NCBI GenBank assembly: GCA_902762805.1
Contig: CACWPQ010000006.1
Coordinates: forward strand, 64,695 to 128,694
Direction of reading: 5' to 3'
DNA: 64,000 nucleotides
From: an uncultured Bacteroidota bacterium
Lineage (GTDB): Bacteria; Bacteroidota; Bacteroidia; Bacteroidales; P3
Of the stretch, positions 35,000 through 43,572 are shown piece after piece. The translations under genes were made by a program, and so were the position numbers. Positions within the stretch are counted from its first letter, which is position 1; each line of letters begins with the position of its first letter. Under the pieces are notes generated by a model, which saw only the letters and a list, made by a program, of their open reading frames with translations, was not told the DNA's origin and made no database searches.

Positions 35000-35602
35000 C
35001 TACAGCACCTCGATGTCGACGGTGCGGAGGTCGCGGAGGGCGTCGTAGAGGCGGACGGAGAGTGACTGGCGGACGAGGACTTCGAGCGAGCACTCGAGGT
35101 CGAACTGCTGGTTGAGGGGTTTGAGGTCGAAGTCTTTCAGCAGGCGCATGACGTCGTTCATGGCCTCGTATTTGAAGCGGAGGCGGTAGCGGGCGTCGAT
35201 GTTTTTTTCGATGATGGTGGCGTGGTCGATGGCGTCGCGGGCGGCGGTCTTGTAGGCGTTGGCCAGGCCGCTGGCGCCGAGGAGGACGCCGCCGAAGTAG
35301 CGTACGACAACAATCAGTGTGTCAGTCAGGTCGGCCGACAGGAGCTGTCCGTGGATGGGGCGGCCACCGGTGCCGGAGGGTTCGCCGTCGTCGTTGGCGC
35401 GGAAGGCGTCCTTGCGTGGGCCGAGGATATAGGCGTAGCAGTGGTGGCGGGCGTCGAAGTAGTCCTTGCGCAGCTGGTCGAGGTGGGCCTTCACCTGGTC
35501 GAGGGTGCTGACGGGGTAGGCAAAGGCGAGGAACTTGGAGCCTTTCTCCTTGTAGAGCCCTTCGCTGGGGCCCGCTAAAGTTCTATAGGTATCGTCGAAC
35601 AT
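35000..35602 (-). CDS. yigZ: YigZ / IMPACT-family protein
   Basis: YKEKGSKFLAFAYPV...ARHHCYAYILG...DDGEPSGTGGRPI...VVVRYFGGVLLG is the UPF0029 signature. Confidence 0.88.
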   Translation of the reverse strand: MFDDTYRTLAGPSEGLYKEKGSKFLAFAYPVSTLDQVKAHLDQLRKDYFDARHHCYAYILGPRKDAFRANDDGEPSGTGGRPIHGQLLSADLTDTLIVVVRYFGGVLLGASGLANAYKTAARDAIDHATIIEKNIDARYRLRFKYEAMNDVMRLLKDFDLKPLNQQFDLECSLEVLVRQSLSVRLYDALRDLRTVDIEVL

Positions 35603-35604
35603 CT

Positions 35605-35632
35605 TTCAGTTTTCATTTTTCAATTCGAAACA
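35605..35632 (-). repeat. Heptanucleotide repeat (TTGAAAA family, x4) spanning the fucosidase stop and the yigZ start
   Basis: Coding strand: tgtttcg aattgaa aaatgaa aactgaa agATG. The fucosidase TGA stop lies inside one unit. Confidence 0.7.
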
Positions 35633-37364
35633 CCCAGGCGTGGGCGAGGGCATCCAGTTCGTGGTGGGGGACGAGGGAGAGGTCGAGGGAGAGGGTGCCG
35701 TCGCGCTTCTGCCGCCAGGGGATGGGGGCAGTGGAGCCGAGGAGGGCGATGCGGGCGTGCTTGGGCAGGCGCGGCATGTCGGGGATGGAGAGCGAGGAGC
35801 CGGGGCGCTCGAACTCGATGACGTAGAGGTTGTCGCCTTTGGTGGTGAAGCAGCGGACGGTGCGCTGCCAGGTGGCGGTGCCGCGGAGCGAGTCGATCGG
35901 CAGGGGTGCGAAGTGGAGGGAGTCGGTGCTGACAAGGAGCGAGGCGGTGGCCTCGAGGTCGCGCTCGCGGTAGTAGATGTCGAGCGCGAGGCATTGGTCG
36001 CGGTCGAGGCGGCCGGTGCAGTAGACGTCGTTGTTCTCGGCCCAGGCGTGGTTGTGGTGGAGGATGGTGTCGCCGTTGCTGACGACGGTCATCTCGTCGT
36101 TGGCCACGGCCTTGAGCCAGTAGGTGGCGCGGCCGGGGGCGGTGAACCATCCCTGCCAGCGGATGCTGAAGTTGTCGACCGGCATGCCGGGCATCGGCGC
36201 ATTGCGCACCCAGTCGAAGTCGATGGAGGTGGAGTGCGGCAGGGAGGCGGAGTCGCTGACGCGGTGGCAGGGGGTGGCGTGGGGGCGGCTGCCATAGATG
36301 GCTTCGCCGTTGACCTCGAGCCATTGGCCGAGGGCGAGGAGGCGCTCCTGCTGGATGAGCGGGATGGTGCCGTCGGCATAGGGGCCTACGTTGAGGGTGA
36401 GGCCGCCGCCGTGGGCCACGAGTTCGCAGAAGTGCTGTATGAGGGCGGTGGGGGTGAGGTAGTTGGCCAGGTCCTCGTTGCGGTTGAGGCCGAAACTGCG
36501 GCCTATGCCGCGGCATTCGGCCCAGGGGCGTGTGGTGTCGGCGATGCCGGCGCTGTATTCCGGGGTCTTGAAGCCGTGCTTGGTTCCTTGTCCCCAGCGG
36601 TCGTTGACGATGGCGGAGGGGCCCACGGTGCGGTAGTACCAGTCGATGAGTTCGGCGGAGCGGAGCTGGTCGGCGGTGAAGTCCCAGTCGCCGTCGGCGA
36701 AGATGAGCTCGGGGCGGTAGGTGGATACCAGGTGTTTGAACTGGGGCACCATGTAGGAGTCCACGTAGCGGCGGATGCTGTCGTGGGGGTCGAGGGTCCA
36801 GCGGTGGAGTGGGTGGCTCCATTCGGGCAGTGAGTAGTAGAATCCCATGGTGAGCCCCTCGGCGCGGACGGCGTCGGTGAGCTCGGCCACGATGTTGCGC
36901 CGCGGGCCGCTCACGGTGCTGTTCCATAGGGGCTGGTAGGGATCGTCCCAGAGGGAGTAGCCGTCGTGGTGCTTGGTGACGAGGACCACGTAGCGTGCGC
37001 CGGCCTGGCGGAAGAGGCGCGCCCAGTCGGCGGGCTGCCATAGCTCGGCGTGCCAGTGGCGGGTGAGCTGGGCGTACATCTCGCGCACGGGCAGGGTGGT
37101 GTCGGCGAAGTAGGACATGGCGCGCATGCGGCCGGGGTCGCGGCTCATCAGGCCGCGGTAGAGCCATTCGGAATAGCCCTCCTTGGAAGCGTAGGCGGGG
37201 ACGGAGTAGAGACCCCAGTGGACGAAGATGCCCAGTTTGGCGTCGGCGAACCACTGGGGGTAGGGGCGGCGGCCCAGGGCGTCCCAGTCCTGCGCACACA
37301 GGGATTTGAAAATCGAAAGTTGAAAAATGAAAAGGAGGAGCAGGAGGATGGACTTGCGTTTCAT
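35613..37364 (-). CDS. GH29 alpha-L-fucosidase with C-terminal PA14-like domain
   Basis: ATG at 37364 gives the signal MKRKSILLLLLFIFQLSIFKSLCAQ. FADAKLGIFVHWGLYSVPA and VLVTKHHDGYSLWD are GH29 motifs. FSIRWQGWFTAPGRATYWLKAVANDEMTV is PA14-like. ATGA overlap with the upstream gene. Confidence 0.88.
   Translation of the reverse strand: MKRKSILLLLLFIFQLSIFKSLCAQDWDALGRRPYPQWFADAKLGIFVHWGLYSVPAYASKEGYSEWLYRGLMSRDPGRMRAMSYFADTTLPVREMYAQLTRHWHAELWQPADWARLFRQAGARYVVLVTKHHDGYSLWDDPYQPLWNSTVSGPRRNIVAELTDAVRAEGLTMGFYYSLPEWSHPLHRWTLDPHDSIRRYVDSYMVPQFKHLVSTYRPELIFADGDWDFTADQLRSAELIDWYYRTVGPSAIVNDRWGQGTKHGFKTPEYSAGIADTTRPWAECRGIGRSFGLNRNEDLANYLTPTALIQHFCELVAHGGGLTLNVGPYADGTIPLIQQERLLALGQWLEVNGEAIYGSRPHATPCHRVSDSASLPHSTSIDFDWVRNAPMPGMPVDNFSIRWQGWFTAPGRATYWLKAVANDEMTVVSNGDTILHHNHAWAENNDVYCTGRLDRDQCLALDIYYRERDLEATASLLVSTDSLHFAPLPIDSLRGTATWQRTVRCFTTKGDNLYVIEFERPGSSLSIPDMPRLPKHARIALLGSTAPIPWRQKRDGTLSLDLSLVPHHELDALAHAWVFRIEK
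37306..37333 (-). repeat. Heptanucleotide repeat (TTTTCAA family, x4) encoding the fucosidase signal-peptide core
   Basis: Plus strand: ttgaaaa tcgaaag ttgaaaa atgaaaa. Translated on the minus strand as FIFQLSIFK. Confidence 0.8.
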
Positions 37365-38551
37365 GGCGTGAAGGGTATTAATTCGCAAAGGAAAGCGGTG
37401 CGGCGCGAGCCGAGGGTGGTGGCGATGACGAAGAGGTGGCCGCCCTCGCGGAGGCCCAGCTGCTTTTGAAGGTCGGCGGCGGGCACGGGGTAGTTGCGGG
37501 TGACCACATGGGCTTTCCCGTCGGGGATGGCCTCGGCCACGGCTTTACGGCTGGGGCTGACCTCCGCGAGGACGCTGAAGATGCGGCCAGGGAAGTGCTG
37601 CAGGAGGCGGTCGTCGGTGTAGAGGTGGGTGTGCTGCGCCAGTTTCTCCAGGCCTTCCCGCTGGCTGATCAGCTTGAAGGGGCCGGCTTTCATCAGGGCG
37701 GCATTGGGCTCGTAGAGGTATTTCTTCATCTCGCTGGCATAGGTGGCCTGGGCCCGGGCCTCGTCTTCGCGAGTGAAGGCAAATTCGTCCTCCTCGCCAT
37801 GATGCAGATGGTCGCAATGGATAAGGGGCTCGCCGTCGGCCCTTCCGCAGCGGAACAGCACCTCCTTGCACTCGCCTTGGACGGCTATGACATGGATGTC
37901 GCTGACGCCTGCCAGCTGGCTGGCACCCAGGGTGATGTCGATCATGGGGGAGGCTTTCACCATAATCTCGTTCCCTTTGGACAGCAACAGCTCCTGATGC
38001 GCCAATATGTCGGGAGCGCAATCCTCGAAGGCCGCGACCTTGCGCCCCTGCTTGTCGCGTCGGGCGGGGTCGACGAAGAGCAGGTCGAAGTGGCGGTCCT
38101 GCTGCTGGAGCCACTCCATGCTGTCGGCGCAGTGGACGCTGACGTTGGTGATGCCGAGTGCGCGGAGGTTGTGCGCCATGAGGGTGCAGAGGTCGGGCGA
38201 GCGCTCCACGTAGTCGACATGTTCGGCCACGCGTGCGAAGGCGAAGGTGTCGATGCCCATGCCGCCGGTAAGGTCGGCCACGGTTGTGATGGCGGAGGTC
38301 GGAGGTTGGAGGTCGGCTTTGTGCCGGGCGGTGGCTTCGGACGAGGCCTGCTCGCGGTTCAGGCGAGGAGGGTATAGGTAGTCGTGACAGGCATATAGAG
38401 ATGGCCATTTGGCGAGTGCTGTGCGGCGGCCCTCAATCTGCTGCACCGCCAGCGGCATGTCGATATCAGGATACCGCGCGGCCGAGAGCAGCAGCCGCGC
38501 GGTATCCTCGTGCTCGTGCTGGAGGATGAAGTCAATAAACTCCCTGCTCAT
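37361..38551 (-). CDS. Class I SAM-dependent methyltransferase with THUMP-like N-terminal region
   Basis: VADLTGGMGIDTFAFA (SAM motif I) and LLFVDPARR. This architecture is common in Bacteroidales. Confidence 0.8.
   Translation of the reverse strand: MSREFIDFILQHEHEDTARLLLSAARYPDIDMPLAVQQIEGRRTALAKWPSLYACHDYLYPPRLNREQASSEATARHKADLQPPTSAITTVADLTGGMGIDTFAFARVAEHVDYVERSPDLCTLMAHNLRALGITNVSVHCADSMEWLQQQDRHFDLLFVDPARRDKQGRKVAAFEDCAPDILAHQELLLSKGNEIMVKASPMIDITLGASQLAGVSDIHVIAVQGECKEVLFRCGRADGEPLIHCDHLHHGEEDEFAFTREDEARAQATYASEMKKYLYEPNAALMKAGPFKLISQREGLEKLAQHTHLYTDDRLLQHFPGRIFSVLAEVSPSRKAVAEAIPDGKAHVVTRNYPVPAADLQKQLGLREGGHLFVIATTLGSRRTAFLCELIPFTP
38291..38318 (-). repeat. Heptanucleotide repeat (TCCGACC family, x4) inside the methyltransferase CDS
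   Basis: Plus strand: ggcggag gtcggag gttggag gtcggct. Translated on the minus strand as ADLQPPTSA, the same unit and reading frame as the rsmE tract at 11623. Confidence 0.8.
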
Positions 38552-39422
38552 GGAGCTGGCGGAGGCGGGCGACGACCATGGGGCGGTCTTCTTTGTAGGT
38601 GACGCCGAACCACTGGGCGGTGGTGTGGAGGACCTGCATGGTGGCGGTGCCGTCGGCGATGAAGGTGTTGACGGCGAAGGGGATGTAGTATTCGGACTTG
38701 AGCTCGTGGCCGTGGTCGCGGAGGAACTGGACGAAGAGGGCCTCGCTCTTGGCGAAGTAGTCAGGCGTGAAGCCGAAGAGGTTCATGGAGACGGTGGCGT
38801 CGGCGGGGAGCGGGTGGGAGGAGCCGTCGGGGTCGGTGTAGGCGATGCCTTGTGGGGTGCGTGCGATGGCGGTGCGTTCGGTCATGCCGATGAGGAGGCC
38901 TTGGGGGTCGGTCTGGCATACGCCGCGGGAGACGGTGCCGTTTTCGGAGAGGGTGTTTTCGAGGCGGTAGCCGACCATGCAGTAGCGGCCTGTGGCGCCG
39001 TCGAGGGTGCGGAGGTGGTCGGCCATGACCTGGAAGGCGTCGCGGCCGTAGAAGTCGTCGGCGTTGATGATGGCGAAGGGCTCGTGGATGAGGTCCTTGG
39101 CCATGAGGATGGCGTGGTTGGTGCCCCAGGGTTTCTCGCGGCCTTCGGGGACGGTGAAGCCTTCGGGGAGGCAGTCGAGCTCCTGGAAGGCGTAGTGGAC
39201 TTCGATGCGGTGGCCGTAGTGCTCGGCGTTGATGCGGGCGCGGAATTCGTTTTCGAAGCTGTGGCGGATGACAAAGACGACTTTGCCGAAGCCGGCGCGG
39301 ATGGCGTCTTCGACGCTGTAGTCGAGGATGATTTCGCCGTTGGGGCCGAGGCCGTCGAGCTGTTTGAGGCCGCCGTAGCGGCTGCCCATGCCGGCGGCAA
39401 GGACGAGGAGAGTGGGTTTCAT
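38532..39422 (-). CDS. Sugar-phosphate nucleotidyltransferase family protein
   Basis: ATG at 39422 gives MKPTLLVLAAGMGSRYGGLKQLD, the NTP-transferase G-loop. 20-nt overlap with the downstream methyltransferase gene. Confidence 0.82.
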   Translation of the reverse strand: MKPTLLVLAAGMGSRYGGLKQLDGLGPNGEIILDYSVEDAIRAGFGKVVFVIRHSFENEFRARINAEHYGHRIEVHYAFQELDCLPEGFTVPEGREKPWGTNHAILMAKDLIHEPFAIINADDFYGRDAFQVMADHLRTLDGATGRYCMVGYRLENTLSENGTVSRGVCQTDPQGLLIGMTERTAIARTPQGIAYTDPDGSSHPLPADATVSMNLFGFTPDYFAKSEALFVQFLRDHGHELKSEYYIPFAVNTFIADGTATMQVLHTTAQWFGVTYKEDRPMVVARLRQLHEQGVY

Positions 39423-39544
39423 GCGGATGGTTTTTAACATTATTTAGAACAAGTAACGCCGCGGAGGGCGAAAAAGTATGCCACGGGTGGAATTCTTTGC
39501 CAACATGATGATATACAGCATGTTGGGCCAGACGGAAAAAAGAT

Positions 39545-39668
39545 GAGATTTTTTGGCAAAAAAACTGAAAAAAGCCCGTTTTTGGCCCGAATACAAGTAG
39601 TGGACAATCAGCGAATTATAGGCATCCTCTTCTTCTCCTCTTTTTCTCTTCTTCTTCCTCTCTTGGGG
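39545..39668 (+). repeat. Second intergenic repeat family (E-element), copy 1
   Basis: gagattttttggcaaaaaaactgaaaaaagcccgtttttggcccgaatacaagtagtggacaatcagcgaattataggcatcctcttcttc.... About 75% identical by eye to 60276..60380. Confidence 0.55.
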
Positions 39669-39730
39669 ATGAATCGGGCGAGCGGGCGGGGATGAAAAAA
39701 ACAAGGGTTTGCGGAATGGGAAAAAATGTG

Positions 39731-39738
39731 TATCTTTG
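39731..39738 (+). promoter_or_regulatory. -7 promoter box TATCTTTG for rubredoxin
   Basis: aaaaaatgtgTATCTTTGCCg lies 45 nt upstream of the ATG at 39784. Confidence 0.5.
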
Positions 39739-39783
39739 CCGAGAGTTAATTCACGGAGTAATAACAATAAAACACTGAAAGTC

Positions 39784-39945
39784 ATGAAGAAATATGTCTG
39801 CAAGGTGTGCGGCTATGTCTACGATCCGGCCGCTGGCGACGCTGACAGCGGCATCGCCCCCGGCACGGCCTTCGAGGACCTGCCCGCCGACTGGGTGTGC
39901 CCGCTCTGCGGCGTGGGCAAGGAGGACTTCGAGCCTGCCGAGTGA
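39784..39945 (+). CDS. Rubredoxin
   Basis: [15 protein letters not shown]...[15 protein letters not shown], with two CxxCG iron-binding knuckles. 53 aa. Confidence 0.93.
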   Translation: MKKYVCKVCGYVYDPAAGDADSGIAPGTAFEDLPADWVCPLCGVGKEDFEPAE

Positions 39946-39953
39946 ACACGCAG

Positions 39954-39990
39954 CGGGGCTGACCTGGAGAGGGTCAGCCCCGTTTGTTTT
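39954..39990 (+). terminator. Rho-independent terminator (bidirectional context)
   Basis: ggggctgacc-tggagag-ggtcagcccc followed by gtttgttttt. Overlaps the 3' end of the convergent tadA. Confidence 0.7.
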
Positions 39991-40423
39991 TGAAGAATTG
40001 TTTGAGGAGGGTTTCGGCTTCGTCGGCCAGGGGGCCTTGCAGCACTTCGGTGCGCGGATGGAGGAGGGTGGGCGAGAATTGGGTGTAGCCGCGCTTGGGG
40101 TCGGGTGCGCCGTAGACGATGCGCGACACCTGCGCCCAGCCGGCGGCGGCGGCGCACATGGGGCAGGGTTCGAGGGTGACGTAGAGGGTGCAGTCGGTCA
40201 GGTATTTGGCGCCGAGGTGGTTGGCGGCGGCGGTGATGGCGAGCATTTCGGCGTGGGCGGTGACGTCGTGCAGCCGCTCGGTCTGGTTGTAGGCGCGGGC
40301 GATGATGCTGTCGGCGCTGACGATGACGGCGCCGACGGGTATCTCGTCGTCGTCGAAGGCGAGGCGGGCCTGCCGCAGCGCTTCGCGCATGTAGAATTCG
40401 TCGGGATTGTCGAAGATGCTCAT
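39974..40423 (-). CDS. tadA: tRNA adenosine(34) deaminase
   Basis: ATG at 40423 gives MSIFDNPDEFYMREALRQA...HAEMLAI...LEPCPMCAAA, the CDA zinc motifs H(A)E and PCxxC. Confidence 0.92.
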   Translation of the reverse strand: MSIFDNPDEFYMREALRQARLAFDDDEIPVGAVIVSADSIIARAYNQTERLHDVTAHAEMLAITAAANHLGAKYLTDCTLYVTLEPCPMCAAAAGWAQVSRIVYGAPDPKRGYTQFSPTLLHPRTEVLQGPLADEAETLLKQFFKNKRG

Positions 40424-41166
40424 TTGTCGCGATTGAATATCAGGGTGTTGCGAGGCAGAAAGCGGGGTTTGGTGGCGAGGATGGTGAGGGTGGTGCCGCG
40501 GAGGAAGCTTTCGAGCGAGGGGATGAGGCACTCGCCGAGGGGCTGGTACTCGTGGAAGACCTTCCACTCGATGTGCGAGGGTGAGATGCGTGCACTGTCG
40601 CCATAGATGGTGGGCTGCTCGATGATGAGGGTGAGGAGGTTGTTGGAGGGGTCAAACATGTAGAAGCGGTCGTAGCTGTCGGGGCGCAGCACCTTGACGA
40701 CTTGGAGCGGGTGGCCGTTGTAGTCGGTGGTGCCGTTCCAGTGGAGCTCGGAGGCGTTGTTGCGCCAATCGTAGAGGGGTCCGCGGAAGTCGTAGCCGTC
40801 GAATTCTTCCCAGAACTTGTCGGGCGAGAACTCTTCCCAGTAGTCGGCTTTGGGGATGTACTGGCGGTAGCGGTCATTGCCGTTGGAGCAGATGCCGTAG
40901 GTGAGTTTGTCTTTTTTCCACACTTCGACGCGGAACATTTGGGGCCGGGCATGCCAGCGGCGCATGAGGAAGGTGTCGGCCGAGCCGGGCGAGGTGATGG
41001 TGGTTTCGAGGTAGAGGGTGCTGTCTTCGGGCAGGGCCTCGAAGTTGAGCATGCGGAGGTAGGTGTCGACGACGTGGACGGCCGTGTCCTTAATTACAAA
41101 GTGGTGGTTTTGAGCCCCCAAGGCCAAAGGGAGGAGCATCAATGCGGAAAGGAGGAGGCGTTTCAT
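40420..41166 (-). CDS. Secreted hypothetical protein (possibly LolA-like fold)
   Basis: ATG at 41166 gives the signal MKRLLLSALMLLPLALGAQ. ATGA overlap with tadA. No motif that I can name with confidence. Confidence 0.6.
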   Translation of the reverse strand: MKRLLLSALMLLPLALGAQNHHFVIKDTAVHVVDTYLRMLNFEALPEDSTLYLETTITSPGSADTFLMRRWHARPQMFRVEVWKKDKLTYGICSNGNDRYRQYIPKADYWEEFSPDKFWEEFDGYDFRGPLYDWRNNASELHWNGTTDYNGHPLQVVKVLRPDSYDRFYMFDPSNNLLTLIIEQPTIYGDSARISPSHIEWKVFHEYQPLGECLIPSLESFLRGTTLTILATKPRFLPRNTLIFNRDK

Positions 41167-41177
41167 GGCGGCGGATG

Positions 41178-41678
41178 CTATTTGTTGAACGGGAACGAAA
41201 GGCGGTCGACTTGCTGTCGGCGTGTGATGCGGACGGTGGCGGGGTGGCCGAAGGTGCTGGACATTTCGGCTAGGCGCTGCTCGGCGTCGTCGCTCATGAG
41301 AAGTTCTTGTATCTGGCTGAAGGTGAGGTTGGTCTTGGCTTTGCGCTGGGCTTGGCTGAAGGTGCCTGCCTCGTTGACGCCCAGCAGGGAGGAGCGCACC
41401 CAGACGGAGTCGGGCGTGGCCATGGCGCGGCCCACTTCGAGCAGCTTGGTGACGCTGCACCAGATGAGGCTGTCCTTGGCCATGCGCACCTGGCCGTTGA
41501 CGCTGATGCCGTCGACGGTGCCGGTGAAGGAGATGACGGTGTAGCGGGCCTCGGCGATAGGCGTGGCGGGGGTGCCGGGTGTGTCGGGCGTGGCCGCGGT
41601 GTCGCGCTGCGAGCGACAGGCGGCGACGGCGAGCAATGCTATGGCAAAGAACAGAAATATAACGTGTCGGCGTTTCAT
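41178..41678 (-). CDS. DUF4292-like lipoprotein
   Basis: Lipobox LLAVAAC. GQVRMAKDSLIWCSVTKLLEVGRAMATPDSVWV resembles the DUF4292 core. Follows a TPR gene, as in other Bacteroidales. Confidence 0.6.
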   Translation of the reverse strand: MKRRHVIFLFFAIALLAVAACRSQRDTAATPDTPGTPATPIAEARYTVISFTGTVDGISVNGQVRMAKDSLIWCSVTKLLEVGRAMATPDSVWVRSSLLGVNEAGTFSQAQRKAKTNLTFSQIQELLMSDDAEQRLAEMSSTFGHPATVRITRRQQVDRLSFPFNK

Positions 41679-43318
41679 TGCAGTTTCTCTTGAATGGCTT
41701 TCAGGTGAAGCTGATTGGTCTCGGAAGGGTCATTCTTCACAGCACGCTGAATGTAGGGCAGGGCCTCGCGATCGCGCCCCAGCAGATGGAGGATCCAGGC
41801 GTAGGTGTCGAGGTAGTAGGAGTTGTCCGGCTCGGCCTCGATGGTTCGTTGACTCATCCGCAGGGCCTTTTCCAGCTGCAGGCCTTGTTCGGCGAGGTAG
41901 TAGGCGTAGTTGTTGAGCATGAGCACGTCGTCGGGCCGCAGGGCGAGGTAGCGGTCGAAGGCGCGCCAGCACTTGTCGTACTGTCCGTCGCGGTAGGCGG
42001 CTTCGGCCATCAAGGCGTGGGTTTCAAGCTCGAGGTAGCCTTTGGAAAATCCCCAGCGGAGGATGTCGTCGAGGCGTTCGACGGCCTCGCCGTAGCGCTC
42101 CTGTTCATAGGCCACACTAGCCAGGAGGAAGTGGGGCAGGGTGTGCATGGGGAAAAACATGGCGGCGCGGCGGGCATAGTCGTTGATTTTCAAGTCACTG
42201 CCGGGCACCTCGGAGAGGCAGATCAGGAGGCGTTCCCAGACGGCATAGTCGCTGCTGTCGCGCCCGAGGGCCATCTCGAAGAGACGTGCCGCCTCGGCGT
42301 ATTTCTTCTGTGCCATGAGGATGTTGCCGTAGTAGGCGGCCAGCTCGCTGCTGTCCTGGCAGTCGGCCATGGCCATGTCGACCAGCCGGAAGGCCGTCTC
42401 GCTGCGGCTGCCGAAGAACTCCTCCTGCGAGTAGAAGCCGCTGAGCAGCTGCAGCTTGGTCTTGGTGTCGAGCTGCTTGTTGCGGAAAGCCAGCAGGAGT
42501 TCTTGGTCGGCGCGGTCGGGCTGCGCGGTGGCTTTGTAGTACTCGGCCAGCTGGATGTGGATGTAGGGGTCGTCGGGGTTGGCTTTGAGGATGCGGTCGT
42601 AGCACTGCTTGGCCTTGTCGTAACGGCGCTGCTTCATGTAGGTCTCGGCCAGCATGGCGTTGTAGCGGCGGTCGCCGGGGAGGCTCTCGGCCAGGCGCTC
42701 GATTTCGCGTGCCGCCTTGTCGTCCTTGCCGGCGGCCTGCCAGAGGCGCTGCTTCTGGAGCGAGATGGGTTCGGTGACGCCAATCTTGCGCTCCACGCGG
42801 TTGAGGACTTCGACCGCGGCCGCGAGGTCGCCGTTGGCAATGTGGGCGTTGGAGAGTTCGTAGTGGTACTCCAGCACGTCGGGCTTGAGGGCCACGAGGC
42901 GCTCCCACGTGCGTATCAAAGCGCGCTTGTCGGAGCGTTGGCTTTGCACCTGCGCCAGTGCCAGCAGGTACCACGTGTTGTCGGGCTGCAGCTCGACGGC
43001 ACGCGTGGCGCAGGCCAGCGCGCTGTCGGTCCAGCGGCGCTGGATGAGCAGCTGACCCATCTCGTACCAGGCGGCGGCACACGCGGGGTCCTTGGCGGTG
43101 AGCTTGGCGTAGGCCTCGAGGGCTTGGTCGATGCGGCCGCTCTCCTGCAGGGCGATGGCGTCGATGAGCATGCCGTCGAGGGCAAGCTGCGACTCCGTCA
43201 CCTCGCGGATGGGGGGGCGCTCGTAGGGGCTGACCTTGGGCGCCGGCTTGCTGCCCGAGCAGGCTGCCAGCAGGAAGGTCGCCAACAATATTATATATGT
43301 ATTCCTTAATATTCGCAT
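41675..43318 (-). CDS. Tetratricopeptide-repeat lipoprotein
   Basis: ATG at 43318 gives MRILRNTYIILLATFLLAAC (lipobox). TPR-like A/Y/L helical repeats run throughout the protein. Confidence 0.8.
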   Translation of the reverse strand: MRILRNTYIILLATFLLAACSGSKPAPKVSPYERPPIREVTESQLALDGMLIDAIALQESGRIDQALEAYAKLTAKDPACAAAWYEMGQLLIQRRWTDSALACATRAVELQPDNTWYLLALAQVQSQRSDKRALIRTWERLVALKPDVLEYHYELSNAHIANGDLAAAVEVLNRVERKIGVTEPISLQKQRLWQAAGKDDKAAREIERLAESLPGDRRYNAMLAETYMKQRRYDKAKQCYDRILKANPDDPYIHIQLAEYYKATAQPDRADQELLLAFRNKQLDTKTKLQLLSGFYSQEEFFGSRSETAFRLVDMAMADCQDSSELAAYYGNILMAQKKYAEAARLFEMALGRDSSDYAVWERLLICLSEVPGSDLKINDYARRAAMFFPMHTLPHFLLASVAYEQERYGEAVERLDDILRWGFSKGYLELETHALMAEAAYRDGQYDKCWRAFDRYLALRPDDVLMLNNYAYYLAEQGLQLEKALRMSQRTIEAEPDNSYYLDTYAWILHLLGRDREALPYIQRAVKNDPSETNQLHLKAIQEKLQ

Positions 43319-43450
43319 CTTTCGCGGGGTCTGTTCACGCAATAGGTAACTATTTTTGACCCCATTTATTGCCCGCAGCAAGAAAAATTGTCGGAGCGGT
43401 ACTAATTTCATAAAAAAACAAAAAAATGGCGCCAGTTGAAAAAAAATGTC

Positions 43451-43458
43451 TATATTTG
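43451..43458 (+). promoter_or_regulatory. -7 promoter box TATATTTG for the 43573 gene
   Basis: aaaaaaaatgtcTATATTTGCAcc, implying a leader of about 105 nt. Confidence 0.45.
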
Positions 43459-43572
43459 CACCGTGAAATAGTGTCGAGAGAGATGTTAAAAATATAATAT
43501 AGTATATTGAAACAGAAAACTTTATAACAGAAATTGAAGGACAACAATTTTAATCATCAAATTCAAACAACA

